Shown here: positions 63,118 through 64,000 of the stretch, piece after piece
Position numbering within the stretch: the first letter of the stretch is position 1
How the letters are laid out: every line of letters starts with the position of its first letter
Source: Eledone cirrhosa
Taxonomy: Eukaryota
Direction: 5' to 3'
Assembly: GCA_964016885.1 (NCBI GenBank)
Contig: OZ024745.1
Coordinates: 77,686,001-77,750,000, forward strand
Length of the DNA stretch: 64,000 nt
The notes under the pieces: generated by a model
The model's input: the letters and a program-made list of their open reading frames with translations, nothing else
The model's database searches: none
What the model was told of the DNA's origin: nothing
Position numbers and translations under genes: made by a program

Positions 63118-64000
63118 ATGGATGTGTTAAGAGTAGGATGTTTGAATGCATGTGGCCTGGGCTCAACTTGGAAGCAAGCAAAGCTTCTAAATGACCTCAG
63201 GTCACGTGGTATAAATGTAATGGTTATCTGTGAGACTCGGATCAGCGTCGTGCAGCAGCTGGCCCCTACCTTCGATGACTTTGAGGTGCATGCATCTCTC
63301 TGTCAACCTGGAGGTGGGGGTGGGGTTGTCGTACTGCTGGAAAAACACCTGGGTCCCGCCGTACAGGTTGTTCACTCGGACCCGGAGGGTCGTTTGTTGG
63401 TGCTAGACGTTGGCAGTAGTGAAGGTGCGGCCTTGAGACTGGTCGCCGTCTACTCCCCTTTCGGAGCTGAACGGCCCGACTTCTTCCAGCGTTTGGAGAC
63501 TTTTCTGGGAACGTAGCGTTCCCTACTTCTAGCGGGGGATTGGAATGACATCCTAGATGCATGTTGGGACTATGCAGGAGCATGTCCTAACAGAGGGGGT
63601 GTAACAGCCTCAAGGGGTTACTCGACCGTTTTAACTTGGTCGATAGGTATCGACTAGATTTTCCAACTGTGCCAACCTGGACTTGGACAAACCACAGTGG
63701 TCAATCTAGATCGTACTTACATAGATTTTTAGTTAGAAGTAAGGATAGGGACATATTAAGCTGTCCAGAAATGCTCACGGTTGGCTATACGGATCACAAA
63801 TTAGTGACCTGCGTAGTCAATCTCGAGAAAACACATAAACAGGGTCCCGGTTACTGGAAACTTAATTTGTCTTTACTGGCAAAAGAGACTTACAGAAACC
63901 GGATCAGCAGATTAGTTAAGGAGAGGTTGACGGGTGTAATCGTCAACAACCGATGGTGGGCATCTCTCAAAAGAGAGATTAGAATAGAATCAATAAGTTA
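63118..64000 (+). pseudogene. Tx1/L1 ORF2 apurinic-like endonuclease, with stop and frameshifts
   Basis: CLNACGL, ICETR, GVVVL, GR, VYSP, TAG at 63514, then GDWN, TWT, TDHK, GPGYWKLN. Confidence 0.88.

Larger units (their letters stand above)
60941..64000 (+). mobile_element. Tx1/L1-clade LINE, 5' portion (runs off the window)
   Basis: 5'UTR, ORF1 with CCHC knuckle, ORF2 APE endonuclease; 5' boundary approximate. Confidence 0.85.

Overview
This is AT-rich, microsatellite-laden animal DNA with no recognisable host gene. The SINE and repeat content suggests a cephalopod such as Octopus (inference only). The window is almost entirely transposon-derived. It holds several Penelope-like elements (PLEs; RT plus C-terminal GIY-YIG, with direct and inverted pseudo-LTRs), CRE-, R4/Dong-, CR1-, RTE- and Tx1/L1-type LINE pieces, tRNA-derived SINEs, MITE/fold-back elements, a Helitron-like non-autonomous element and a decayed hAT-like transposase. 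The main signal is a dense set of type I hammerhead ribozyme (HHR) motifs read directly from the sequence. Two near-perfect non-coding tandem arrays (485 bp x ~3.1; 310 bp x ~14 plus ~3.6 inverted) carry one HHR per monomer and sit inside a large (TA)n tract. They look like genomic copies of retrozyme-type circular RNAs mobilised by PLEs. Several PLE pseudo-LTRs also carry HHRs, including recurrent non-canonical cores (U3-A8 'UUGAAAA' and C4 'CCGAAGA'). Folding was done by eye and no activity has been tested.
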